A program made the translations under genes and the position numbers. The notes below the pieces were generated by a model. The model saw nothing but the letters and a program-made list of their open reading frames with translations, was not told the origin of the DNA and did not search any database. This document shows, piece by piece, positions 1 through 8,772 of a stretch of 35,826 nt of DNA. Source of the DNA: a virus. Taxonomy: Duplodnaviria > Caudoviricetes. Every line of letters begins with the position of its first letter. The first letter of the stretch is position 1. Where the stretch lies: the IMG/VR virus record IMGVR_UViG_3300009434_000016, positions 1 to 35,826 of that record; one strand, written 5' to 3'.

Positions 1-2
1 AT

Positions 3-242
3 TGGGAGACTCTTAACGAGATCTATCGTGCTGAAGATGGCACATATCGTGTGAAGAGCGTGACTGACAATCGCGATTTCAATGGTTCAATGCGGCACCA
101 AATCGCGTTCAAAACGGTGGACAAGCCACTTGGCAGTGAGCGTGGTGATTTCTCTGTTGAGTATGAACTCATAAATGGTCGAGTTGCTCACAGCGACGAA
201 CAGCTCAGAGTAGAGCTCACCAACATGGGGGTAAAATTTTAA
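3..242 (+). CDS. hypothetical phage protein, 5'-truncated by the window edge
   Basis: The frame of ORF 51..242 is open back to position 3 (WETLNEIYRAEDGTYRVKS...). Its stop lies 1 nt before the next ATG. Confidence 0.6.
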   Translation, partial: WETLNEIYRAEDGTYRVKSVTDNRDFNGSMRHQIAFKTVDKPLGSERGDFSVEYELINGRVAHSDEQLRVELTNMGVKF

Positions 243-243
243 T

Positions 244-663
244 ATGAAACTATACACTGCACTCTTCATAGCTCTTAGCAGCACTGCATTCTCTTATTCA
301 GATCGTGATGTAGTTGCATCTACTCTGATCCTCGAAGCAGGAGGAGAATACGCTGAAGGTGCAATGGAGTCGGTGCACGAAGTGGTCTATAACAGATCAA
401 TGAAACGAAACAAATCAATGTCGGCTGTTTGCCTTCAAGCATGGCAATTCTCATGTTGGAATGAAAACGATGTTGATACGAATATCGCGAAAGCACAAAA
501 TCACCCACGCTGGCACGAGGCAATGAAGATTGTCGACACCGCCGAGATGACCAATTACACAAAAGGCGCTGATCACTATTATGCAGAATATATCGACGAA
601 CCATATTGGGCAGCTGACATGACACTCACAAATAAGGTTGGAAAGCACCTATTTTTCAAATAA
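244..663 (+). CDS. cell wall hydrolase, SleB/Hydrolase_2 family, with N-terminal signal peptide
   Basis: Family motifs TLILEAGGE (catalytic Glu), V..VVYNR, QFSCWN, GADHYYA, PYWA and VGKHLFFK. Hydrophobic leader MKLYTALFIALSSTAFS. Confidence 0.88.
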   Translation: MKLYTALFIALSSTAFSYSDRDVVASTLILEAGGEYAEGAMESVHEVVYNRSMKRNKSMSAVCLQAWQFSCWNENDVDTNIAKAQNHPRWHEAMKIVDTAEMTNYTKGADHYYAEYIDEPYWAADMTLTNKVGKHLFFK

Positions 664-719
664 TGTTAACCTTTATAGAAACGCTGTCTAAGCTATTGAT
701 AGCCAAGATAATAAATATA

Positions 720-748
720 TGTACATACTAGCTCATATATGGTATAAT
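720..748 (+). promoter_or_regulatory. sigma70-type (early) promoter with extended -10
   Basis: TGTACA (720-725), 17-nt spacer ending in TGG, then TATAAT (743-748). It lies in an AT-rich intergenic stretch 24 nt before the ATG at 773. Confidence 0.65.
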
Positions 749-772
749 ATATCTATAATCAAGTTAAACAAT

Positions 773-970
773 ATGAATAATAAATTTACAGTCACAAATT
801 TCCTGATCGCAGCCCGCGAGCTTCGCAGCCTAGGCACGGTAGTTGTTAAACGCGACAAATTCGGTGGCTGCACAGAGCTTCGCGCCAGCCTTAAGGGTAG
901 CGATAAGAATGCGGTAATTTACATGGGCTGCCTAGGTCACATGAGCCTTAGCGTCAACTTTACTAAATAA
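773..970 (+). CDS. small hypothetical protein (65 aa)
   Basis: From ORF 719..970. The start is more likely ATG 773 (MNNKFTVTNF) because the upstream part overlaps the promoter. Confidence 0.6.
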   Translation: MNNKFTVTNFLIAARELRSLGTVVVKRDKFGGCTELRASLKGSDKNAVIYMGCLGHMSLSVNFTK

Positions 971-989
971 CAATAATCAAAGAACAATT

Positions 990-1454
990 ATGAAAAAAAC
1001 AACAATAGCAGTAATCGCGGCATTCGCCATCGTTTCAACATCATCAGCCAACCTTGGAGATGTACTTATTGATAGCGCTATCGGTGGAGGAATCGGAGCA
1101 GTTATCGGTAATAACACTGGAGACGGTGACAGCGAAACTGGAGCAATTATCGGAGCAGTCAGCGGAGGTGTTGCTGGTTGGAGAAATCGAACTGGTGGAT
1201 TCAGCCGCGGATATGGCAACAATCATGGTCATTATCCACGAACTATGCCGCATGGTCGTAGCTATCCTACTCCATCTCGTGTCTATGTCCCAGCAACGTG
1301 TGTGCTGACAGTACCACACTATGAAAATGTATGGTCTCCACCAGAGTATGATTATGATTTTTATGGAAATCGGTACGTAAGCAAAGCAGGATATTACTAT
1401 CAAGTGAAATCCCTGCGGACAGTACGATGCAATGGTTGCTATAAGTGCCTATAG
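990..1454 (+). CDS. secreted/membrane glycine-zipper protein
   Basis: Signal peptide MKKTTIAVIAAFAIVSTSSA and two Gly-zipper helices (SAIGGGIGAVIG, GAIIGAVSGGVAG). The tail is Tyr/Pro/Arg-rich and ends CNGCYKC. Confidence 0.75.
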   Translation: MKKTTIAVIAAFAIVSTSSANLGDVLIDSAIGGGIGAVIGNNTGDGDSETGAIIGAVSGGVAGWRNRTGGFSRGYGNNHGHYPRTMPHGRSYPTPSRVYVPATCVLTVPHYENVWSPPEYDYDFYGNRYVSKAGYYYQVKSLRTVRCNGCYKCL

Positions 1455-1493
1455 TTATATAGTTTACACACACAAACAGTATAGAATTAGATT

Positions 1494-1724
1494 ATGACAG
1501 AAAAACAAAGACTCGCGTTTATCAAGAAAACCGCAAAGAAGCTCAAGCGTCAAAAGCTTGGACTTCCAGCTCGAGGCCGAATTCCAAAGAAAGCAGTATC
1601 AAAGGATTCACTCGATTATGTTAACTTTGAACCAAAAGCTCCAAGTAAAGAAGATATTGATGAAGAGTTTGAAATCCTCACTAAATATACCGCAGACGCA
1701 TTTGTGGACAATAACGAATACTAA
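1494..1724 (+). CDS. hypothetical protein with basic N-terminus and acidic C-terminus
   Basis: 76-aa ORF tightly packed between co-directional genes. Confidence 0.65.
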   Translation: MTEKQRLAFIKKTAKKLKRQKLGLPARGRIPKKAVSKDSLDYVNFEPKAPSKEDIDEEFEILTKYTADAFVDNNEY

Positions 1725-1732
1725 TATACATT

Positions 1733-2929
1733 ATGGCTAAAGTACTTGACAAATATAATCGAGTCATCGCGTGTGACTCTAAATATACTGGAGAAGAACC
1801 ACGATGGGACGGATGTGAAAATTGGGATCCTGTAAAATTCATGGAGAATCGAAATCGCATGTTCGGTTTCTATAACTATTATCTCAGTGCGAAAGACCTT
1901 AAAGTCTTTGCTCTAGAGTGGATGAAGAATAACGGATATAAGAAGGACGAAATCAAGTATATCAAAAGCTTACGAGATACACAACCTTCAGTCACTACAT
2001 CAAAATTGTGCAGAGCTCTGAATAATGGTATGTTGCCTACATGTGATGGATACATGGAGTATTATAAAGATAAGGAAGGATATAATATCACAGAGGCGCA
2101 TAACGACCTTACACATATCAAGACTGAGCTTACGTCTCTACTCGCGAACTATGTAAAAATCGTCGACACTCCTGTTGACGCAAACAAACACACTAACAAT
2201 ATTAGTCCTATCGAGAGATTGAAGAATAAAGTAAACAGTACTGTATGTGCTGAACTTGATTGGATGCTCGACGATTGGATTAATTCTGAGCCGAAGGTGA
2301 AGGGAATTAACGTATATTCTCTCCTTAAGCAGCACACTATTCCAGCTGCTGGTTTGAAGTATGTAGAAGAATGGTTAGGTAGATATAAGACAGAATTGAC
2401 TGAAGCTCTAGAGGGTGATCCTGACAGCGCCGAGGGTTATTCATATCTAACCAAACCAGGAATTCGTTCTCGTATTAAAGAGCTCACTAAGATGGAGGAG
2501 CAAGTCGCTAAGTTTAGAGCCACTAATACTAATGCTCGAAAACCACGCAAGAAGAAAATCCAAAGTGCTGATAGGCAAGTAAAGTCTCTCAAGTATTTGG
2601 CTGAATCTGATGAATATGCTGTCACATCTATGTCACCAGCAAATATCCCTGGAGCAAGGAAGCTATATGTCTTCAATATTAAATATCGTCGAATGACTGT
2701 ATACGAATGTTCATCCACTGAAGGATTTAGTGTGAAAGGAACCTCGATTAAAGGATTCGATGAGAAGCTAAGTTACTCTATGTCACTTCGTAAACCGTCT
2801 GATGTTATTAGCGCGATCGTCACAAAGACCGATAAGCAACGAGATAAGATCATCGATGCTCTCACAACAAAACGTAAAGAAGCAAACGGTCGAATCAACG
2901 ATCAAACACTCATCCTAAAGGTACTATAA
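1733..2929 (+). CDS. hypothetical T4-like phage protein (398 aa)
   Basis: Long ORF coupled to gp33 by a TAATG overlap. It has a basic linker (ARKPRKKK) and no recognisable catalytic motif. Confidence 0.8.
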   Translation: MAKVLDKYNRVIACDSKYTGEEPRWDGCENWDPVKFMENRNRMFGFYNYYLSAKDLKVFALEWMKNNGYKKDEIKYIKSLRDTQPSVTTSKLCRALNNGMLPTCDGYMEYYKDKEGYNITEAHNDLTHIKTELTSLLANYVKIVDTPVDANKHTNNISPIERLKNKVNSTVCAELDWMLDDWINSEPKVKGINVYSLLKQHTIPAAGLKYVEEWLGRYKTELTEALEGDPDSAEGYSYLTKPGIRSRIKELTKMEEQVAKFRATNTNARKPRKKKIQSADRQVKSLKYLAESDEYAVTSMSPANIPGARKLYVFNIKYRRMTVYECSSTEGFSVKGTSIKGFDEKLSYSMSLRKPSDVISAIVTKTDKQRDKIIDALTTKRKEANGRINDQTLILKVL

Positions 2930-3174
2930 TGCGAAATAAAATAACAATCAAAAACTCAATGACTCGTGAAGAGCTAACTCTTCAGTCAGAGATGCTAGTC
3001 CATAAGGATAAAATGTCATACGCAGAAGCGATCTGCCACTTGTGTGAACAGCGACAGATCGATCCTGTAGATATGGCAAAGCTTGTTAAAGGTCCTCTGA
3101 AGGTTAAGCTTGAAGCAGAAGCTATGAACCGCAATATTATTAAAAGAACGACTGCTTCGCTTTTTACTACATGA
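2929..3174 (+). CDS. 33: late promoter transcription coactivator gp33
   Basis: 81 aa, MSYAEAICHLCEQRQIDPVDMAKLVKGPLKVKLEAEAMNRNII. Position upstream of 59 and 32 matches T4. Confidence 0.85.
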   Translation: MRNKITIKNSMTREELTLQSEMLVHKDKMSYAEAICHLCEQRQIDPVDMAKLVKGPLKVKLEAEAMNRNIIKRTTASLFTT

Positions 3175-3836
3175 ACGGATATCAAGCATATTGCATTTAT
3201 AGTTCTATTAAACTGCACTTCTCTCAAGAAAAGTATGACGCATTTAAATATAACTTTAGAGCAAATATAAAGCAAGCATCATTTGAGAGAAGGAAGGACC
3301 GATACTTCTTTGAAAAGATTGCTCGCCGATATCCAAGGGATTCAGATCTAAAGCTATTCTTCGCTGACAATTTTATGTCTGATAATCAATGGATCGGTGA
3401 GATGGATCATGAGATCTATATGAAACGTGATTCCTATCGTCAAGCTCTGTTCTATAATTTTCAGAATGAGGTAAAATTCATACGAGGACAAGCTTATAAA
3501 TACAACCTTACATTTGATGGAGTCTGTAAACCAAATTCCAGCAAATCAGATAATCTCCTACTTAATCTCTATACAAGTCAACAAGTATCACCTGATACTC
3601 TCGCTATTATAGATCATTTTGTAGATTTTATCAAAAGCCTGAAGAGAGAACTACGCGATCCGCTTGGTATCACTGCGTCCTCCCTTCTTACACTACGAAA
3701 ATACCAACAGTTCATTATTCCACTCATTGTCTCAGATGAAAACAAATACCGTGATCACTTGATTATGTTATTTACAAATGAGCCAAATCAGTATAATATA
3801 GAGTTTGTTGGTAGCAATAATACAACGCAATACTAA
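3171..3836 (+). CDS. 59: helicase loader gp59
   Basis: MNGYQAYCIYSSIKLHF...YDAFKYN...SFERRKDRYFFEKIAR. 221 aa, with 33-59-32 synteny. Confidence 0.9.
   Translation: MNGYQAYCIYSSIKLHFSQEKYDAFKYNFRANIKQASFERRKDRYFFEKIARRYPRDSDLKLFFADNFMSDNQWIGEMDHEIYMKRDSYRQALFYNFQNEVKFIRGQAYKYNLTFDGVCKPNSSKSDNLLLNLYTSQQVSPDTLAIIDHFVDFIKSLKRELRDPLGITASSLLTLRKYQQFIIPLIVSDENKYRDHLIMLFTNEPNQYNIEFVGSNNTTQY
3771..3799 (+). promoter_or_regulatory. putative sigma70-type promoter for gene 32
   Basis: TTTACA (3771-3776), 17 nt, then TAATAT (3794-3799), which overlaps a TATAAT at 3792-3797. It sits in the 3' end of gene 59. Confidence 0.5.
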
Positions 3837-3864
3837 TAACACAAAACAAAATACTAAAAATAAT

Positions 3865-4782
3865 ATGTCATTCGCAAACTTAAAACAAAACCGCGCCACA
3901 ACAATTGATAAGCTCATTAATGCAGCTTCTAAAGATACAGAGAAGAAGTCTTATGGAGATGATCGATTCTGGGCACCAACAGTAGACAAAGCAGGTAATG
4001 GTTATGCCGTTATTCGCTTCTTACCCGCGTCTGAAGGTGAAGATCTTCCGTGGATCAAATATTGGGACCATGGATTTAAAGGTCCAACTGGTCGTTGGTA
4101 TATCGAAAACTCTCTCACCTCTATTGGTCAAAATGATCCAGTGAGTGAGATGAATACACAGCTATGGAACTCTGGTCGTGAAGAAGATAAGGAGCTTGCA
4201 CGTATGCGTAAGCGTCGTCTGCATCATGTCTCTAATATCCTTGTTGTCTCTGACTCTGCTAATCCCGAAAATGAAGGTAAGGTATTCCTTTATAAGTATG
4301 GTAAGAAGATCATGGATAAGGTAATGGATGTTATGCAGCCACAGTTCCAAGATGAAAAGCCAGTTAATCCATTCGATTTCTGGGGTGGAGCAAACTTCAA
4401 ACTGAAGATTCGCAACTTCGAAGGCTATCGTAATTATGATAAGTCTGAATTCGAAGGTGTTACCGAACTATTCGATGGTGATGAAGCAAAGCTTGAATCA
4501 GTATATAATTCTATTCATGGATTGAATGAGTTTATCAGCGAAGGTAACTATAAGTCATATGCTGACTTAAAGAAGAAGCTGTACGAAGTTCTTGGCGAAG
4601 AGAACTTGTCTAATACCTTTTCGACAGACACACAGGTCGAGCTTAACGAGACACTTCCACCAGTAGTTGATGCGCCTGCAGCGGTTGCAGCTGCACCTAC
4701 GGAAGATACCAACGTTAGCCTAGACACAGAAGATGATGGTGACACACTTGACTACTTTGCCAAGTTAGCCGCACAAGGCTAA
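3865..4782 (+). CDS. 32: single-stranded DNA-binding protein gp32
   Basis: DDRFWAPTVDKAGNGYAVIRFLP, WYIENSLTSIG, GKVFLYKYGKKI, PFDFWGGANFKLKIR, NYDKSEF and an acidic tail. The likely start is ATG 3865 (MSFANLK). Confidence 0.96.
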   Translation: MSFANLKQNRATTIDKLINAASKDTEKKSYGDDRFWAPTVDKAGNGYAVIRFLPASEGEDLPWIKYWDHGFKGPTGRWYIENSLTSIGQNDPVSEMNTQLWNSGREEDKELARMRKRRLHHVSNILVVSDSANPENEGKVFLYKYGKKIMDKVMDVMQPQFQDEKPVNPFDFWGGANFKLKIRNFEGYRNYDKSEFEGVTELFDGDEAKLESVYNSIHGLNEFISEGNYKSYADLKKKLYEVLGEENLSNTFSTDTQVELNETLPPVVDAPAAVAAAPTEDTNVSLDTEDDGDTLDYFAKLAAQG

Positions 4783-4804
4783 GCATCTCTGATCTAGAAT
4801 AAGT

Positions 4805-4839
4805 AAGGGGAAGTGGTAATGTGCCGCTTCCCCTTTTTT
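4805..4839 (+). terminator. rho-independent terminator between convergent gene 32 and the tape measure gene
   Basis: AAGGGGAAGTGGTA-ATG-TGCCGCTTCCCCTT stem (two G-U pairs) followed by a T run. Confidence 0.85.
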
Positions 4840-4843
4840 GTGT

Positions 4844-7800
4844 TTACCAATTAAGTGCGGTTTTACCAAACGCATCGTGTGTCTTATCAATATGCGGTGG
4901 AGCAGCAACTGTAATGTTAGATGATGAAGAACTAGAGTTATTAATTTTATTACTCGCATCGATAACCGATGTAGTGTTTCCTGCAGATGTAGATGCTAGA
5001 TCGAGATTCGCTTTCTGTTGCATAGCTATCTGATTTCCAGCAGATGGTGCATCAAACTGTATATCAGACGGAGTTGCTATTCTCCCGATCCCTGTCTTCA
5101 CTTTGTCATCTTCTGATAGATCATTACTCATTTTCTGAAACGCTTGGTTGTATTCCCTCCGTTTCTCCGCCGATATATCTGCCATCGCTGATTCTGACAT
5201 TTCCATAGTATCTGGAGCAGCACCTTCAGTGACTTTAAACCCATTAGGTGACGTAGTAACCCTTTTTCCGGTCATAGTATCAGTAGCAACGACTTTAGGT
5301 TTAGGAACTTCAGCACCTTTCATTAACTCTGTATGCATCATACCTTCAATGCTCTGCATTTCAGGATCCATAGAAGAGAAGTTACCATCCACATTTACAC
5401 CTTTATCGTTAAGGTACTTTAAATCTTGAAGTGTGCCGTTATCATATTCATCAAACCCTTCATAACCCATCGACCGCAAATACCGGTACTTTAAGTCATT
5501 CATATCAAAGCTATTATACTCTTCACCGCTTACTGCTCTGCGTTGATAGTCTTCTTTAATATATCGAGCATTTACTTTTTGCTGGTCTTCATACTCCAAA
5601 GTTTCATAAAGAGACTGTCTATCAATTAAATCTGCGTATGATTTTTGTACGTTCTTATCAACATATTTTCGGCGATATTGCCCGACCTCATTTTCAGCGT
5701 ATGTGTATTCACCTTTATCACTATTTTCAAATGCAGCTATTTCATCATTTGTTTTTGCTAAAAGCTTTTTGGCTCGTTCTTCTGGATCAACAGCAACTCC
5801 AGTCATTCTTTCTGTTGGCACAATAACTTTTTCACCCTGCTCCTTATATGGTACACTAATTTCATTCGATGTGTACGGTGTTGGTATTTGGCCGTTCATC
5901 TTTTGTGTTTCAATGTGAACTGATTCAGCGATTTTCTCAGGAGATCTTTGATCACCCTTAAAGGTACCAGGAGTGCCAACATACTGACCATTCTTAGGGG
6001 TTGAGTCCTCATTTACTAGATAATCATGAAGAGCACCGTCAACAGACCTGAACTTCGGATCTACATCTGAAAATGTTTCCTTTCCGTCAAATTCACCTTC
6101 TTCTGTTAAAAATTGAAGTTTGTGAATCTTCTCGACTCTCGACCCCCGTCCCGTTCCATCGGTTGAATGACCGCGGTATTTCATATAAGTATCTTGAAGC
6201 CTTTTCTTTTCTATAGAAGGGCCGAACTCTCCAATCGCTTCCAGTTCCAGCACTTTGGCCTGATATTCTTCTTGAACATATGCTGCGCTTATTTTATCAT
6301 CAAGTATGTTGTCCTGAAAGTCTTTTGGTTCAACAGTTCCCTTTGGAAGAAGCGCCATTAATTCGAATTTAGCCATTTCTTGATTGTTGTGACCAAGCGC
6401 AGCTGCGAGATTATCGGCAGCGGTACTTGATGGATCGTATAACTCACGATCATCCTCTAATTGTGTATACTCTGTTTGCGCCTTCTTATCTGCATATACT
6501 CGACGATATTTTCCATATTCATCTTCAGCGTATGTATACTCTCCTTTAGATTTGTCAGACTTAAACTTTGTCAATGCATCTTCTGCTGTTTGCCTCATTT
6601 GCATATCTTTAACAAATTGCTCTTTAATCTGTTTAGCTTTTTTAAGATCTTGTGGAACGCTGCTCTTTTCTTTTTTATCACCGACAACTGTTTCAGTCGT
6701 AACAGAGTCTGAAGAAGGTTTAATATCTTTAGGAGTTACTTCTCCTTTAACGAGTGAATCTTGAGGCACAGAATCTCCAGCCATTTGTTTGGTGGCTTCG
6801 TCTTCAAGCAATTTAGTAAGTCGATAATCACTCTCAGCAATTGGTAACTGGGTTTCTCCCTTTTCAGCTAATCCGTTAGCGACATAGAAATCTCTTTGCT
6901 CAGAGAGATTTGTAAACTTTTTATCCTTGTTTATACCTCGGCCTGCTCTCTTGAACATATTCTGTTTGGCCCTATGTTGTTCATTTTTCGCGGTCAACAT
7001 CTTTGTCTGCAGATCCTTAAACTTTATTTGTTCTTTTGCATCATCATATACTTTTACTTCGGTGTCGTAGAAGGAGTCAAGCTTTCCAAAACTGTCAGTG
7101 CCTTTAACCACTTCCATCTTAAATGAGCCAGCATTTTCTTCAAATGATTTTAAATTATCTTCGGCCTTACGTTTAGCAATAATAAGATCAACTTGTTTCT
7201 GCTTCGTTTCTTGTGCCTTTATGTTTTTAGGATCTTTATCGTCAACGACAGACTTTACGATCGAACCAGGTAATTGACTTTCAGCAGTAATTGCAGGAGG
7301 CATGAATTTTTCTTCTGCCGAAGTCGATTTTTTATGTATCTTTGGATCGTACCTCGAGTGGCTAGGAAGTAAGTCATACTTGCCTTCTTTGCCCTTTGTA
7401 ATGTTAAGTTCTTCAAATCCAGTAACTTCTTTAGTCACTGGATTGAGGATTGGTTTATTAACGTCTAGACCTGCCTTTAGTATTGCTTGTTTTTGGTTTT
7501 TCTCGTACTTAGGCGTTTTATCTGGGCCACCTGTTACGGCCTCGGCAAACTTGTCAGTAATGCCAAGCTTATTATCAAGTAGCCTTCCACCCGCATACGA
7601 AGCCGCCGCGGTAGCAGCTATCATCGTGTACGGCGATGTAGCTACACCCATTGCCAAACCACCAATTGCAGTCGTCAAACCAACGATCTTAGCCGTCAGA
7701 CCGGCAAACATCCCACGAGCCCCCTTCAGCAACCCACGCTTTGACATTTTATCACCAATTTTATCACCAACAACATCAGCCACTAGCAGATCCATGAAAC

Positions 7801-8764
7801 CAAGGCCGCCACCTTCACCGCCTTCGCCTCCTCCGCTAAGAAACTTATTTTGAGCACCTCCAACACTAGCAAGAGTAGCTATTAATTCATCATGCCGTCT
7901 CTCATTACGCTTTATCTGTTCTTTCTTGTCTTCTATATTGTCAGCTACATCTGGAGTATTAATAGTAAGGTGATCGTGAACCTTTGCTAGATTTTTATTG
8001 ATGCCTTGTAGCTCAAGTAAATGCGCATCAGAAGAACCTATCGTATTTAAATTATTCTCTTCAATACTTGGCTTATTGGAAAACACACTTGTTAATCCAA
8101 ACCCTCCTGTGATCTCGTCAACGCTCTGTTGCGGATCAAACTCTTTAGCTGCTTTCGAAATCCTTTTTAGCAATCCTTGACGGATCATAAAGAACCTAGC
8201 CTTCGTCAATATATCTTGCTCTGGTGTAGAACCAAGAATATCATTAAGAGATACTTCATTATCTATTTTAACATCTACATCTTTAACTGCAGATTCAACC
8301 TTTTTGAGAATTGTTTTCTTGATTCTTAACCATCTTAATGCATGCACAGCATTTAAGTTAGGCGATTCACCAAGAAGATCTGACAATGATATTGTCTTAT
8401 CTAAATCTAATCCGCTTAACTTTCCGGCTTGAGTCTCTTTGATAATAGCATTAAGAATATTCTTTTTTATGTTAAGGTGTTTCAAACCCAACACAAAGTT
8501 TAGATTCTCAAGGTTACCTGTATCACCCATAAAGTCAGAGAGACTTATATCTTTTTTGATATTTAGTCCTGTTAACTTTCCCCCATCTGTTTCTTTACTT
8601 ACTGCTGATATGATATTAGCTCGTACCTTGGTAATTTCCGCAACAAACTCAGCATTGTTATTAGCAATGTCAGTAGTTGCCGACTCAAGTTCTTGAATTT
8701 GATTTTCTAGGAACTCTTTCAGTCGTTTGGTTAAATCGTTTAAGCTTTTATCTTTTTGCACCAT
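4844..8764 (-). CDS. putative tail tape measure / baseplate hub protein (gp29-like)
   Basis: 1306 aa, largely helical and charged, with internal repeats and a central Gly/Ala hydrophobic segment. It has an S/N/T-rich C-terminus and lies directly downstream of gp26/gp51. Confidence 0.65.
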   Translation of the reverse strand: MVQKDKSLNDLTKRLKEFLENQIQELESATTDIANNNAEFVAEITKVRANIISAVSKETDGGKLTGLNIKKDISLSDFMGDTGNLENLNFVLGLKHLNIKKNILNAIIKETQAGKLSGLDLDKTISLSDLLGESPNLNAVHALRWLRIKKTILKKVESAVKDVDVKIDNEVSLNDILGSTPEQDILTKARFFMIRQGLLKRISKAAKEFDPQQSVDEITGGFGLTSVFSNKPSIEENNLNTIGSSDAHLLELQGINKNLAKVHDHLTINTPDVADNIEDKKEQIKRNERRHDELIATLASVGGAQNKFLSGGGEGGEGGGLGFMDLLVADVVGDKIGDKMSKRGLLKGARGMFAGLTAKIVGLTTAIGGLAMGVATSPYTMIAATAAASYAGGRLLDNKLGITDKFAEAVTGGPDKTPKYEKNQKQAILKAGLDVNKPILNPVTKEVTGFEELNITKGKEGKYDLLPSHSRYDPKIHKKSTSAEEKFMPPAITAESQLPGSIVKSVVDDKDPKNIKAQETKQKQVDLIIAKRKAEDNLKSFEENAGSFKMEVVKGTDSFGKLDSFYDTEVKVYDDAKEQIKFKDLQTKMLTAKNEQHRAKQNMFKRAGRGINKDKKFTNLSEQRDFYVANGLAEKGETQLPIAESDYRLTKLLEDEATKQMAGDSVPQDSLVKGEVTPKDIKPSSDSVTTETVVGDKKEKSSVPQDLKKAKQIKEQFVKDMQMRQTAEDALTKFKSDKSKGEYTYAEDEYGKYRRVYADKKAQTEYTQLEDDRELYDPSSTAADNLAAALGHNNQEMAKFELMALLPKGTVEPKDFQDNILDDKISAAYVQEEYQAKVLELEAIGEFGPSIEKKRLQDTYMKYRGHSTDGTGRGSRVEKIHKLQFLTEEGEFDGKETFSDVDPKFRSVDGALHDYLVNEDSTPKNGQYVGTPGTFKGDQRSPEKIAESVHIETQKMNGQIPTPYTSNEISVPYKEQGEKVIVPTERMTGVAVDPEERAKKLLAKTNDEIAAFENSDKGEYTYAENEVGQYRRKYVDKNVQKSYADLIDRQSLYETLEYEDQQKVNARYIKEDYQRRAVSGEEYNSFDMNDLKYRYLRSMGYEGFDEYDNGTLQDLKYLNDKGVNVDGNFSSMDPEMQSIEGMMHTELMKGAEVPKPKVVATDTMTGKRVTTSPNGFKVTEGAAPDTMEMSESAMADISAEKRREYNQAFQKMSNDLSEDDKVKTGIGRIATPSDIQFDAPSAGNQIAMQQKANLDLASTSAGNTTSVIDASNKINNSSSSSSNITVAAPPHIDKTHDAFGKTALNW

Positions 8765-8772
8765 ATATCTAT

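Noticed and set aside
815-955. Short recurring words (GAGCTTCGC twice, GCCTAGG twice, AGCCTTA twice) in the small ORF
   Set aside because: Too short and irregularly spaced for a CRISPR array or iteron set; explainable by codon usage.
1462-1493. GTTTACA upstream of ORF 1494 as an early promoter
   Set aside because: Candidate -10 hexamers lie at 13- or 19-nt spacing, so support is weak.
3805-3864. TTG-initiated N-terminal extension of gp32 in the ORF track
   Set aside because: It is a low-complexity N/T/K translation of the A-rich leader. gp32-like sequence begins at MSFANLK (3865).
7302-7853. 183-aa plus-strand ORF antisense to the tape measure gene, and other short antisense or nested ORFs
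   Set aside because: These are shadow ORFs of real genes (here a locally GC-rich Gly/Ala segment) with no motifs or expression signals.
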